DNA of 64,000 bases from Octopus vulgaris (GCA_951406725.2 OX597817.1:155434001-155498000); one strand, 5' to 3'; positions 47,366-61,799 are shown, numbered from the stretch's first letter. Translations and numbers: made by a program. Notes: generated from the sequence alone by a model not told the origin.

Positions 47366-48279
47366 ATATATAAGTACACGTTACCATATCATTAAGACAG
47401 TGAAGCCAATTAAGTTTAGCCTTATGACTAGCCTCTTGTCAGCGAATAGCACAGATAAATTGGATTTTTACCCAAGTGTGCTGTAAAATTTAGTATCATG
47501 TGTCAGATGTCTAGAACATTAACATCATAAGGTACCTCAATATTATATAATGTACATAAAGTATATATATGCATGTGTGTAATTTCTGTTATCTATACAA
47601 GGTGCTATATTAGTTTGAAACTGGTTTTATCTTACTGCTCTTTAATACTTTCAAAGATTAGCAGCAAAGTTAGATTACACTATGAATTATAATTGAAACT
47701 ACATGTACTGTTTATAAATAAAATGTCTCAATTCTAGTGTACTAATACTCATGATATATAGAGTTCAAGATTTGGTGGGTAATAGTGAGATACCACAGTC
47801 ATGTGGAAAAACCTCATTCACTGATGTCAATAACATAGAAACATCTACTGTATGAAAAGCATCTCTTAGTTTAGGTTAACATATTTATATATAGTGAACA
47901 GCAAAAATCTAAGAGGGAAACATTAGCTCATTATTATCCATGAGCACCATCCGAGTGTGATCGTTGCTAGAGCGGCTATCTGGCCTCCATGCCGATGGCA
48001 CGTAAAAGACACCATTTGAGTGTGATCATTACCAGCATCGCCTTACTGGCACCCTGTACCGGTGGCATGTGTAAAAGATTCGAGCAAGGTCGTAGCCAGT
48101 ACCGCCTGACTGGCCCCATGCCGGTGGCACGTAAAAGCACCCAATACACTCTCAGAGTGGTTGACGTTATGAAGGGCATCCAGCTGTAGAAACTCTGCCA
48201 GATCAAGATTGAAGCCTGGTGCAGCAATCTGGTTCGCCAGCCCTCAGTCAAATCGTCCAACCCATGGATGATGGATGGA

Positions 48280-48656
48280 AGCACTCCGTCGGTTATGATG
48301 ATGAGGGTTCCAGTTGATCTGACCAACGGAAAAGCCTGCTCGTGAAATTAACGTGTAAGTGGCTGAGCACTCCACAGACACATGTACCCTTAACGTAGTT
48401 CTCGGAGATATTCAGCGTGACACAGAGAGTGACAAGGCCGGCCCTTTGAAATACAGGTACAACAGAAACAGGAAGAAAGAGTGAGAGAAAGTTGTGGTGA
48501 AAGAGTACAGCAGGGATCACCACCATGCCCTGCCGGAGCCTCGTGGAGCTTTAGGTGTTTTCGCTCAATAAACACTCACAACGTCTGGTCTGGGAATCGA
48601 AACCGCGATCCTACGACCGCGAGTCCGCTGCCCTAACCACTGGGCCATTGCGCCTC
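48280..48656 (-). mobile_element. tRNA-derived SINE family C; related pieces at about 29740-30030, 23760-24030, 5240-5570, 15882-15985, 44400-44578, 54415-54720
   Basis: Minus strand ggcgcaatggcccagtggttagggcagcggactc...ggtttcgattcc tRNA-like head; body shared with 29740-30030. Confidence 0.75.
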
Positions 48657-49241
48657 CCCAACCCATGCTTGCATGGAAAACGGACGTTAAACGATGATGA
48701 TGATGATGTTTCAATCTCTGCTTTTCTAATTTCACTTGAGTCAGATGAAAGAAGGTTGGGGCAGGGTTTTCTACTGCTTGGTGCCATTTCTGTTGCTTAC
48801 CCCTACTTATTTTAAATCTCACTCTCTGCTGACCAACAAACAACTGGGATGTGTTTTATGTAGAGAGCTGGAAATAAACAACATTGTATGAATGAGCTTT
48901 TTGCTACAAAGTTCATGCAAAAACTGAAAAATCCTGGACCTGATTTTGTGACTGTTTGCAAGCAAATGACACTTTTAGGATGCTTACATATCAGCAAACA
49001 AAGTGTGTGGGAGAGGTTAATACAAACTCACTCATGCATATATTTTTTATCGTTTTCTTGTTTCAGCCATTTGAAAAGGACTATTCTTTAGTCGAAGAAA
49101 TTGACCCTAGGACTTATTTTTTTAAAGCCTAGTATTTATTGTATCGGCCTCATTTGTTGAACTGCTAGCTTTTGGGGATATAAACACACCAACACCAGTT
49201 GTCATGGAGTGGTGGGGGACAAACACAGACACAGATATATA

Positions 49242-50375
49242 TTGGGTTGGCAAGAAAGTAATTTCGGTTCTTTAGTGTGAAATAAAAGTCATTTTTTTTC
49301 ATACAAAGAATGAACTTTAATCAATTATGTATTTGCCATCTTTCTGACAACTTCATGATTCCATGTTCATAGAACTTCTGGTTCTTATCAGTCAAAAAAC
49401 TGAAGCAAGTGTGATTTCAAGTCATCATCATTATTGGAAGTTTCGCTATTCAAAGAATTTTGCAAACTTCAAAATAAATGGTAATCTGATGGTGCAAGGT
49501 CAGGGCTATATGGTGGATGTGACATCACTTCCCAACCAAACTTCAATAATTTTTCATGAGTTAGCAAAGATGTGCATGGTCTAGTGTTGTTGTGGTGAAA
49601 CAATTCCTTTACGATTTTCCAATTCTGGCCGTTTTACTTTGATTACTTTCTCCAGTTGCATTAGTTATTGACAGTAAACATCTGAATTGATAGTTTGATT
49701 CCTTCGAAGCAGCTCAAAATACACAACACGTTTGTAATCCCACCAAATTGACAACATGACCTTTTTTGATGCAATTCAGCTTTAGATGTGATTTGGACCA
49801 TTATTGTCTTTGATTTATGTTATTGTAGACAATTAATTTTGCATCACTAGTGATGATTTGTTTCAGAAAAAGGTCGATTTCATTGTGCTTAAGATGCATA
49901 TAGCAAATATTGATTTGTCGTGTTAAGTGAATCTCTTCCAATTTATGTGGAACCCAAATATCAAGCTTTTTAATGAGTATAAGACATTTTAAGTGATTTT
50001 CAATTGTTCTGTGTGTTACATTTAACCTCTCTGCAATCTCTCACACAGTTATATGACAATCAGATTCGATTATAGCTTTGATTCTGTCATCATCAACTTC
50101 AGTAGGTCGACGTTGATCATCTCTGAGTGAAAAATCTCCAGAATGGAATTTTAAAAACCATTTCTGACATGCATGTTCTGTTAAGCAATCAACACCATAA
50201 ACTTCACATATAATAGCTGCAAACAAAATTACATGAAATTTGCTTTCTAAAGTAATCTAGAAGTAAAAGCTATCAAATGTCAAAAGGAAAAAAAAATCAT
50301 AACATTGACAAAGTCATTCAAAAAGATTGTAACTCTATCTATTTGCGAAAAATGAAATTAGTCTTGCCAACCCAT
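49242..50375 (-). mobile_element. Degenerate mariner transposon with TIRs
   Basis: TIR ttgggttggcaagaaagtaatttc / gaaattagtcttgccaaccca after TA; ICEVYG...CQKWF.KF.SGDFSL.D..R HTH in ORF 50041..50226. Confidence 0.88.
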
Positions 50376-50717
50376 CAAGCCAAGTGAAGCTGTGACAGAT
50401 ACTGGTGTCACATAAAAGCTCCCCATTACATTCTTGGGGTGATTGGTGTTAGGAAGGGCGTCCAACTGTAGAAACCATGCCAAAACAGACTGGAGTCTGG
50501 TGCAGCCCCTTAGCTTACCAGCCCTGGTCAAACTGCCCAATCCATGCCAGCATGGAGAATGGATGCTAAATGATGATGATGATGATGATGATATAGCTAT
50601 GATGGGCTTCTTTCAGTTTTCATTTACCAAATCCACTCACAAGGCTTTGGTCAACCTGAGGCTATAGAAGACACTTGCCCAAGGTGCTACATAGTGGGAC
50701 TGAATCTGGAACTGTAT

Positions 50718-51100
50718 ACTCTTCTACTTGTTTCAGTCATTTGACTGCGGCCATGCTGGAGCACCACCTTTAGTCAAGCAAATCGACCCCAGGACTTATT
50801 CTTTGTAAGTCCAGTACTTATTCTATCGGTCTCTTTTGCCGAACCGCTAAGTGACGGGGACGTAAACACACCAGCATCGGTTGTCAAGCAATGCTAGGGG
50901 AACAAACACAGACACACAAACACATAACATATATATATACATATATACGACAGGCTTCTTTCAGTTTCCGTCTACCAAATCCACTCACAAGGCATTGGTC
51001 GGCCCGGGGCTATAGCAGAAGACACTTGCCCAAGATGCCACGCAGTGGGACTGAACCTGAAACCATATGTTTGGGAAGTGAACTTCTCAACCACACCAGC
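50718..51100 (-). mobile_element. SINE family B
   Basis: Consensus match. Confidence 0.88.
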
Positions 51101-51528
51101 CATGCTTGCTCCTCAATGGCTAATATTTTAATGATTTCAGCAAGTGCAGAAGACAACTCAAAGTGTGTTTGAATTTCAAAAGACCTCTTTAGCAAAGTAC
51201 AGACTTCATCATACAAGATGAAGTAATGCTGTGAGAATCAGTAAGTAAATGTACAATACTATAGAACTAAAGAAGCAAAAACTAATTTATTTTTTAAAAT
51301 ATACTAAATTTTCATGCTTATGCGTTTATTTCTAAATGATTCTATTATTACTACACTTAAGCAGGTACAGTGAAGTCTATGCTTTACTTATCATCATCAT
51401 CATTTAATGCCCACTTTCCATGCTAGCATGGGTTGGACAGTTTGATTGAAAACTGGTAAGCTGGGAGCTGCACCAGGTTCCGATATGATTTGTCAAGGTT
51501 TCTACACCAACCACTCCAAGATTGTAGT

Positions 51529-52270
51529 GACCGGTTTGCGGAACACCTCCGAGACATCCGACTCGGCAATGACACCTCGGTCACTCTTTGCAACCTATCT
51601 TTGTTGCACAGAGGCCATCCAGACTCCTGTTTGCACCGTGAATAGGGATTACTCTTCTCTCCACATGGGCTCGACTCTACTTCTCACACCTACTTCATCC
51701 CACCCACCTCTCTCCCACATACCCCACCCTCAGCCTAACCATTGCTTCCCCACCACGCACTGACCACTTCCTAGTCCCACACCTACACATCAAGGTCACC
51801 AGCCCTCTTCCACACACACATACATGCTCTCTTATACACACGCACCTTCATTTTGGGATTACCACTACTTTATTATCTCCCCTTCTTCCTAGTTCTCCTA
51901 TGTGACACTTCTGTCTGGCATTGGCTATGATAGATCACTAGCCACTACACATTCTTTATTTTCTCTCCTTGCTTCTTTCTGTGGAAGAGCACAGGCTCAA
52001 AATGTTAAAGACTTTTCACTTCCCGATCGTTAAACTAATACGTCTTCGTCTTTTTGTGAATTCTCTACACACATATATATATACGTACATAAGACTTTCT
52101 CACTTCCCAAGCGTTAAACTAATAAATTTATATACATATGTATACATATACACACACATATATATCTCCCTGCTTATTTCTGTCGAAGAGCCTAGGCTTG
52201 AAACATAAGACTTTCTCACTTTCCTGAGCGTTTAACTAATGTTTGTTGTTTTCACACTCTTGTTTTTTTG
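51529..52270 (+). mobile_element. Penelope-like retroelement 3' remnant: GIY-YIG endonuclease C-terminus followed by tandem terminal repeats
   Basis: Translates as DRFAEHLRDIRLGNDTSV...LHRE*GLLF..PHGLD (RF.EH and P.GLN-like motifs); duplicated 3' segments carry degenerate hammerhead-like motifs at 51974-52011 and 52175-52210. Confidence 0.65.
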
Positions 52271-52370
52271 TAAATACAAATATATACACACATACATAGA
52301 CATAAATGTATATATACACACATATATATATATTGGCACCTAGCAGTGGACTAAAGATACATAAAAATCA

Positions 52371-52735
52371 CTATTCGAATCGTGGCCGATGCCAGCACCG
52401 CTTCGACTGGCTTCCATGTCGGTGGCACGTAAAAAGCACCATCCGAATCGAGGCCGAAGCCAGTGTCGCCTCGACTGGCTTCCGTGCAGGTGGCACATAA
52501 AATGCACCAATCCGACCGTGGCCGATGCCAGCCTCGCCTGGCACCAGTGCAGGTGGCACGTAAAAAGTACCCACTACACTCTCGGAGTGGTTGGCATTAG
52601 GAAGGGCATCCAGCTGTAGAAACTTTGCCAGATAAGACCGGAGCCTGGTGCAGCCTTCTGGCTTCCCAGATCCCCGGTCGAACCGTCCAACCCATGCTAG
52701 CATGGAGAACGGACGTTAAACGATGATGATGATGA
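52371..52735 (+). mobile_element. Short (GAT)n-tailed RTE-3'-end element; others near 8586, 12417, 14490, 15433, 32233, 38880, 47940, 50390
   Basis: gagtggttggcattaggaagggcatccagctgtagaaac...ggacgttaaacgatgatgatg. Confidence 0.85.
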
Positions 52736-52829
52736 CATGTCTGTCCATTTACAGACCAAACAGTTGTTTCATATTCATGTTTATCACTGAGGCATTCAGT
52801 TCATACCATATCAAAGTGTTGGGCTTCTT

Positions 52830-53480
52830 TATAGATGATCTAATAGTTTCATTGGCTATTCATCTATAACTCCTACTTGTATATACTAAAGTCACACTTG
52901 TTCAAATCTCCTTCAAGTACATCTTTGAATTACTGTTTTGTTCACTTTGCATATGGTTTCCTTTATAGCCCTGAGAATAAAATAGCCTACCATTTATACA
53001 CAATAAGGTCATTGAAGCTAATGTTAGATAATCTAAAAATATTGGCTTACTTGAGCACACCAACATTACACAATTTTCTCTGCCTGATGTGTAATTCCTC
53101 AGAAAACAGATCGTAAATTTCCAGCTTATAGAAACATCACCTATAACTTATCCCAATTATCAAAAAAGTACAGGGGAGTGGGTACAACTCCTTATACAAA
53201 AAGGTTGCACAGGCACATTTTACCCTTAGCAATATCATCATTTTATGATATTGGAAGTGCTTTATACTATCTACCATCCGTCCATGTGCTTGAATGGTTG
53301 AACCTAGTATCTGCTTGCTGATGTATCAGCAAAAATGTTGGTAGCTGTCTGTAGATCTGCTGATGTTGCATTAGCTCTGACAACATCTGCAAGGAATAAA
53401 TTTGCCAACTGCACAGTATGAGTTCTAGAAACCAGATAAGCAGGTGCACACAGTGAACTTGACTGTAACTGAGAACAAAA
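52830..53480 (-). mobile_element. Old RTE/BovB-like LINE remnant
   Basis: LFLADVVRANATSADLQTATNIFA resembles LLFADD.AL.A.S..DLQ; downstream FKDVLEGDLNKC resembles the RTE C-terminus. Confidence 0.5.
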
Positions 53481-53742
53481 TGGTGAAATGTGCTGGATGA
53501 TTATGCATTCTTGACTGACTGACTGATTTTCATTCCAAACTGATTGACAGTAAATAATTAGCACTGCACTTAAGCTTTCATGTTATGCAGAAGTTGCATG
53601 ACTGCTATGAACTTTTACTGTATCATGTGTATATAGAAACACATGCACCCCCCTTGGAAAAACAAATGGTTTTTAGTATATCTACTTCACCATGGATTCG
53701 GCAAATTAAATCTACTGTTATCCCAGATATACTATATTTAAA

Positions 53743-54038
53743 TTACGAAGATGTACTTGCATAGCAAGTGACCTGATCTGAGATCGTGTGCTGGAACGAA
53801 AACCATTGCAGCATGGAAGGTGTTTATAAGCCATTTAAGAAACACACAAAATCCGTTAGATTCACTTCAACATTTAAATTTAATTTGTGAAAATATTTTC
53901 CTCACTTTGAGACCATGACCTGTTCACTGACAAAATTCCGTGCTGCATCTTGAGATAATTTGATAAATTAAATTTAAATGTTGAAGTGAATCTAATGGAT
54001 TTTGTGCGTTTCTTAAATGGCTTATAAACACCTTCCAC
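53743..54038 (-). mobile_element. Fold-back element family, copy 3
   Basis: Same left end; shorter inverted arm; 12-bp flanking direct repeat actatatttaaa (53731-53742, 54039-54050). Confidence 0.72.
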
Positions 54039-54366
54039 ACTATATTTAAAAGTCTGCTGAAACAAATGCCTTTGTATTATTTTCTATTATAGCAGGTTAT
54101 TGAAATGCAAATAAATCATTAACTGTTCTAATAGGAAATAAGCAAATACTAACTATTTTTACAATAATTTTAATGTTCACTTTTCCATGCTTGCATGGGT
54201 TTGACAGTATACCGAAACAGATTTTCTAGAGTCAGATACCCTCCTTGTTGCCAACTCTCACCCGTTTCCAAGCAAGGTAATATTTCTCAATGTTTTTCAT
54301 GTAGTACTGGAGATGAATGTCAGAGACACTCATCTAAAACTACCAAGACAAAGAGACAAGCATTCA

Positions 54367-54411
<45 letters not shown>

Positions 54412-54892
54412 AAGGCACATGGCTCAGTGGTTAGAACGTTGGGATTACTATCATGTAGTGAGTTTGGTTACTGAACCGGGCTGTGTCATGTTCTTGAGCA
54501 AGACACTTGTTTACATTGCTCCAGTTCACTCAGCTGTAGAAATGAGTTGCGATGTCACTAGTGCTAAGCTGTATTGGCCTTTGCCATGGTGGAGACAGAA
54601 GGCTGGTACACATGGGTCACTGCTGGTCTTCCATAAACAAATTTGTCCAGACTTGTGCCTTGCAGGGAAGCTTTCTAGGTGCAATCCCATAGTCATTCGT
54701 GACCAAAGGGGGTCTTTACCCTTTATACATAAACACAATGGGCTTCTTTCAGTTTCCATTTATAATGCATAATCATTAAGTATGTGTAAAGAAATTTAAG
54801 CAATACATATACTGACTAAAAATCTAGATGATAACCCAACTTTACAATATGGTTGGCATTACTGTAATGACTTCATGTATCCAAAAACTGAC

Positions 54893-55379
54893 TACCATAT
54901 ATGCCGGCATATTAAACAACTGGGTGTACAAGACACAACCCCAAATTTCCATTTAAAAAGCGGGTTTTGAGCTATACCTGCTGTATAAGACTACCCCAAG
55001 TTTTCATGGTAAAATAGCTTCAGCGCCAAAGGTGTGAGCTTCATAGATAAAGGAATCAGGTGAGCTGGAGCTGCCCTGCTTTTCTTGTGTTTCAACTAGT
55101 AAACTTCGTATGCAACAATTCTGCAGTCTTAGTTGTTTAAAATTTGTGGCCAAATATTGTAAATCACCTACTACAATACATATGAAATGTACCTGGCTGG
55201 TGTAAACACTAATGTAGTGACGTCACTTAAGCATAGTTTATTTTACATTGACATTGGTACTACTCTAAACCACAGGCAGTTAAGGTTCAGATTTTATACA
55301 GAGTATCTAAGACAACCTCTAATTTTGGGGTGAATTTTGTAAAGTTCAAATTTTGACCTGTACACCAGTATACACAGTA
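54893..55379. mobile_element. Pogo/Tc-mariner-type non-autonomous element
   Basis: Imperfect TIRs taccatatatgccggc / accagtatacacagta with subterminal taagac repeats. Confidence 0.55.
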
Positions 55380-58300
55380 ATTATCCTAGAGAATGCTGGT
55401 AAACTGGTTAAGAGAAGTGAAACCTTGTCTTTGCACAAGGTTTCACTTTTGGTTCAAACCCAGTCTAGGGAAATGTATATTTTAGGAACAAGACACATCA
55501 AAATTTGTAATAGATGGAAAATTTCAACCACATTTAGTTCTTGGAAATTTCAACCATTCAACATATAGACATTTTAAGACTAATTTTGTGCTCCTAACTT
55601 GGTCTCATAACCACATTTACATTATGCAAAATTGAAGTTACCATTAAACCCATTGAATAAAACAGATTTCACTAAATAATTATTGGGAACTTTACAATAA
55701 AAACAAAATAACTGCTTGATGAACTGCAGAATGATGATCTATCATTCTGTTTGTTCCAGTCAATTTTAGTTGAATGCATCAACCCCATTACTTATTCTCT
55801 TTTAAGTCTGGTACTTGTACATCAACACCAGCTAGTCTACAGTATATGACAAAATTACTTTTCTTCATTGCTCTATTGTGTAATATATAGAAAGATCTGT
55901 CAGCTACTTGATATTTCAAATATCAAAACATTAACCCTTTAGCATTTAGATTACCATCAAATGCAATGCTTATTTATTCACTGTTTTGAATTACACACGC
56001 ATTATCTCACAGCTTCAAGATTTTGGTGGTGTGACTGCTTATTTTTAGAATGACATTGTGAGAGTTCAAATCTGGTAAAATATTTAGGCTAAATATGGTC
56101 GATTTAAATGCCAAAGGATTAAACCTCATCCCTTCACTAATTTCTACTAGTTGAAACTGACCAGTGGTACTCTGATGTCATACATAAACCAGATAACAGA
56201 GAACCAGTCCACTATGCAAGTTAAATTGATGTCAAATATCAAGTAGATCTATATTTCAGAGGTTCTATCAGAATTTTTTTTTCCTTGTTAAACACATTCT
56301 AGAATGGTTATAGTGTAAACGTGTGCATGTTCAGATAAATAAAATAATAATAATCAACCATACCAAAGCATATTTATATTTACTTTTTTAAATCCACCCT
56401 AAATTATTGAAAAATTTGAAATGCTGTTAATGATGATGTTGGTTCATAAAACTCAAGTTTTTGAAATAGCTCCTGTTGTAGTAAATGGTTCACTGTGGTA
56501 TCTTCTGTGTGTCTGAAGTAAAAAAATAACATAGAAACAAGAACAACCTCTAATAATTATCATTATCTTTCTGATAGATTTACTATAGATTGAAGTTTTG
56601 TTATATTCATTCAAGTTTTATTCTTTTTACAGGACATATTTCTACAATTTTCTTTCAGTTTTCAAACAGTCAACTTTTAAAAACCTCCCATATTTTGTTT
56701 TCACTTTTTGAGCAATACTACAAGAGCACTTTGTTAAAGGTTTGGTAAATACTCTTTAAACAATAGTATTGATAAAGTAGGTGATGCAGAATATCATTGC
56801 AAAACTAGAAGCATTATCAAAGAATACAACCTCATGTCATCCAATTCAATAATACACTCATCCTTCAGCAAATTTGATTTGCTAATGAAAACAAAAAAAA
56901 AGAAACACATTTATCAGCAAGTGATTAATAGTATTACCATCTTGATTGTTTATTATGGATCAAGATAATATATATTCAGCACAGGGATCAAGCAACTGTC
57001 TTATTAGCATTCATTTATCAGTTTTAAAATTCTCAGTCAGTATCACAGATACTCAATTCTTGACCTAAAATTTCACAAGACTCACCTCAAATAATAAAGA
57101 TAAACAAAAGAGATAATGCAGCACCAACCATAGGTGGAATACTGATCACGTACAGGTGCATTGTTTGGCTTTTCCATCTAGATATATTGGTCGTGAGTAA
57201 CTGCTTTTATTTACATGGACGAGAAGAAAAAGGGAAGGATTTAGGATTTGCAAATAACTTTGCAAACAAGAGAGGCAATCATCACATTAGCTTTAAGTTC
57301 AAAGTAGCATCCAATTTGAAGAGTACACATTCAAGGAGATGACAAGAACAGAAAAAAATTAAATAAATAAAAAAAAACCAAAAAAAATTCAAAGAAAATG
57401 AGAGAGAGAGAGAATAAAGTGAAAGTGGTGCTTGTATTAAAAACAACATTTTTGCTATTTTAATTTGCATTAAATTAATTTTTAGAATTAGAAAACTGAA
57501 ACAGTTGAGAGGGGTGATAAGTATGGATTGAAACAGAAAACAAAATAAGTTAAAAAAAAATAATCAAAACGTGTAAAACAGGAAAATGATGAGAAAAGAG
57601 AGAGTGAGAATTAAAGCTTACTGTAAATTATGTTTCTTAGCCCATAACTTAACTGTCTAATATAAAAAGTAAAAAAGTAATAACTAGATATTGACAAAAC
57701 CTGAAGACTGTGTCACAGAAACAAGTCTCAGATAAATTTTACCTTCTACATTTTAGTAATTCTTTACAGTAAGTAACATTCTTAAAAAGAAAAACTATCA
57801 GCAATATTTTGATTTAGCAAATAATTGTATTGGAATAAAAAAAATAAATAAATGTGATTGAAAAATTGTAATATTTAATTACAAAAATATTTTTTTAAAG
57901 TTTATTTCCAGATACTAAAATGTTTTAGACAAAAAATTTAAGATAACTAGTTTATAAATATTTTTTTCCTAAGTTTTTAAGAACAAAAAGTTATAGGCCA
58001 AAAAATAATTCTTTGAAATTTCATTAGTATACTTTCCTATTTTGACAAGATTGCTGATGATAAAGGTTGTTTTGTTGGTAACATTTATGTAGACAAATAT
58101 TTTAGTGAAAAATTAGCATTAGAGGGCTTTTGCTTTTCATAAAACATCTATTTTCAATGCTGCCAAGGCAAAGCATATTACACAGCAATATGTTGAGCAG
58201 AGTACATTCAACTGTAGTTTATATTGCAGTTGAAATGAGTAAAATGACTTGGATAATTAAAGCCTCTTGAAGTCAGCAAATATCAGGAAGATAATCCAAA

Positions 58301-60159
58301 TAGTATTATTGAAATAATCAAATTTTTTTATAGAGTTCCTCCTATCAAACTATAGAATTAGCGAGATGTAATCAACTTTAACAATAAAGCAATAACCTTG
58401 CATTTCTAATTGATAAAAGCAATATTCAAAATAATTAAAGTTATCCATAACAATTAAACAAATATATTAAATCTGTGGAAAAAAAAGAAGCCTAGTCTTC
58501 AAAAATTTAATAAAAAATTCAAACTATAAGAGAACAGCAAAGCTTTAGCTTAATAAAAACCAACGTAACCATTAATAAATTGTAAATAACATAAGGTGTT
58601 AAAGGCTGAAATTATAAACTAATTAATTATAAGAAATTAAAATCTTTCCTGATTGAAATAGTATTATTCCACATCTTATTAAGGACCAACTAATAAAGAA
58701 TCTTGCATCCTCTAGTGAAGGTAGAGTAGGAGATCCATTTATTGATGTTTAGGATGAAGTTTGCCAGACAGACCAGAACAAAGTTAACCAATATGTTGCT
58801 AACTTTTAATTTCGAAATAGATGCTGCACTGCTTTCCCTATGGATGTGTACTTTATATTTATTAACAGATTTCATGTTGCAATTCATTTCTTATAAATAA
58901 ATTATTTCAAATCTTTCTTACAATTGGTATTTTTTCTTTGAATGACCCAGACAGATATTACAAACGATATCAGTCATAAGACAAAGTCTACTTTAGGGAA
59001 TGTGCTACAGTCATCAAAAAAGAAAATTGAAAAATATATTTATCTTAAAAATTACATAGGAAAAAATATTGTCAATATCTACTTAAAAAATTGACAGCAC
59101 AGCAGTCATATTATTTTATCATTTAATCAGAGAAAAATCAATAAAAAGTTAGCACCCAAATGAAAATTTCATAAATTAATTGGAGTAACTTTCAGACCAA
59201 ATCTGGTGTGGTTTTAGGTAAGGGCAGCTTTCAGAATGTATTCCATCAAACATTTACTGACAGAAAATATTTGAAAACTATTGAGTTCAAATGAAAAACA
59301 TTAAATACACACGAAAATAATCTTTCAATAGGAATAATAACTTGGATTTAGAACTTAAGGCTATTTGATTATTATTCTCCCAAAAATCATTAAATTAATA
59401 GATTTTCAATATATATATATATATATAAAGCCTTGCTTTTTAAAATCTTAGCATTATTACTAAAAGAAAAATTTTATTACTAAGAGAAATATTTCAGAAA
59501 AGCAAGCAAAATTTAACTCTAAAATTACAGAGACAGTAAAATCTGTAACAAAATTGTAATCAAGTATAACATAAAACTGCGAACTAACCAAAACAATAAC
59601 AATGATGATGATGATGATGATAATGATATGAAGAGAATGATTAGAGTATTACCTTATTCTTAAAAATAATATTTTACAGTAGAGATAAAATTTTCTTTCC
59701 CTTCTGTTATATATCAATGAAGAAATCCACTGGTAATATTACTTCATTTGTAATAACTCAATCTTTAATTACTAAAGGTGTTCTAAATTTAAATAATGTA
59801 ATTTACTATACAAATTGAAAATACTTTCAGATTGTATCAAGATAGATGGATTTAAAGCTAACAAACGTCTTAGGATTTAGGAGGATGATGATGTCTAACA
59901 AATTTACAATGACTAAATATCAAAAGAAGAGATAAATTATATATATATATATATAAACCTAAACTAAATGCCAGCAGTTATGATACTAAATATGATTTAT
60001 GAAGAGTAGTCTTGCGCTCAATAACTTCACACCTCCAACACAACAAAAACTGCAATTTTTATAGCAATCTTTCTGGCAAAAAAAGCCAAACATAGGAGAA
60101 GAAAGAGAAACAAAACACACTTAGAAATAATCAGAATTTTGATTGTGTGCAACAAACCT

Positions 60160-60182
60160 TATATATACACATATATACATAC

Positions 60183-60215
<33 letters not shown>

Positions 60216-60238
60216 CACATATATATACATATATACAC

Positions 60239-60293
<55 letters not shown>

Positions 60294-60722
60294 TATACAT
60301 ATATATATATATATACACATATATATACATATATATATATATACACACATATATATACATATATATACACACACATATATATATACATACATATATACAC
60401 ACACATATATATATACATACATATATACACATACATATATATATACATATATACACATACATATATATATATATACATACATATATATATACATATATAT
60501 ATATATACATACATATACACATATATACATATATACATACATATATATATACATACATATATATATACATATATATATACATATATATATACATACATAT
60601 ATATATACATATATATATACATACATACATACATATATACATACATATATACATACATATATACATACATATATACATACATATATACATACATATATAC
60701 ATACATACATATATATATACAC
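60160..60722. repeat. Long compound (TA)n/(CATA)n microsatellite
   Basis: About 560 nt composed only of TA/CA dinucleotides; source of six spurious ORFs. Confidence 0.97.
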
Positions 60723-60831
60723 ACTTGGCTTTGAAAGACATTGAATGAGGAAAAAGCAAATCTTATACAGGTAAAGTATGCTCAGTTTATCATTCTAAGC
60801 AAGCAACTCAAAAGAATAAAGGCACACACAC

Positions 60832-60872
<41 letters not shown>

Positions 60873-61799
60873 AATACACTATGTATGCATGTATATATGC
60901 ACATGTATTTTAAAAACATACATAAGAATGTATGTGCGCATGTGTATACATATATGCACATATGAGTTTTTACAAATCTATATATATACATACACATTAG
61001 TATGCATGTAAACATAGGTATGTACATGTATATAAATATATGTTCAAACCCAAATGAAGTCAACATATTTTTCTTCTAAGAATCACTATGTGTTGGAAAA
61101 AAATTCTTCAAACTCAAACCTATGCACTGACAAACTACAAAGCCGAGAAGTAAAATTGAAACTTATGAGAATTAAATATATATCTTCAAACATAATGATT
61201 TTAGTGTCAAAGAAAACAGATTTTGTTTTTTAATTAAGCAGAAAAATCATTGCATCTCTCTCTCTCTCACACACACACACACACTCATACTTTCACATAT
61301 ACAGACAGGAGAAGATGTTTCTAAAATTTAAAGCTAACCACTTATAGTTAAAAAGAAGATGTACAGGAAAGACTAAAATGGAATACAGTAAGAAGTATGA
61401 GCTAAGCTGAAATAGAGAGCTATGTCAAAGAAGAACCTAAGTTTCTTAGGTAAAACTAGTTTTATGAAAGTCTAACCAGAATTTTAATTGATTGAAGAAG
61501 GCAGCCAGATCATAAGACACCTATCAGCACCACATGCAAAATTCTAAAGATCAATAAAAGGAAAATAGACAATTTTACCTTTTCATTTTTAAGTAGTTTG
61601 AGAAATGCAAAAGAAAATACTGCACAAAGCAAACATTTTTTTTTCTTCTGAAAGAATTCAGAAAATTGTTAAACAGAGCTATGTGAAAATGGAATTCAGA
61701 ATTTTTTTTTATAGTTCTCGCTGTAAATATCACATGGTAATCTTAGTAAATTTTATTTACAATTATTCAAGAAGAAAATGGAAAGACGTGGTGGTAGCA

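Noticed and set aside
60121-60759. Six overlapping ORFs of about 200 aa (YI/HT/CV-rich)
   Set aside because: Translations of a TA/CA microsatellite that lacks stop codons.
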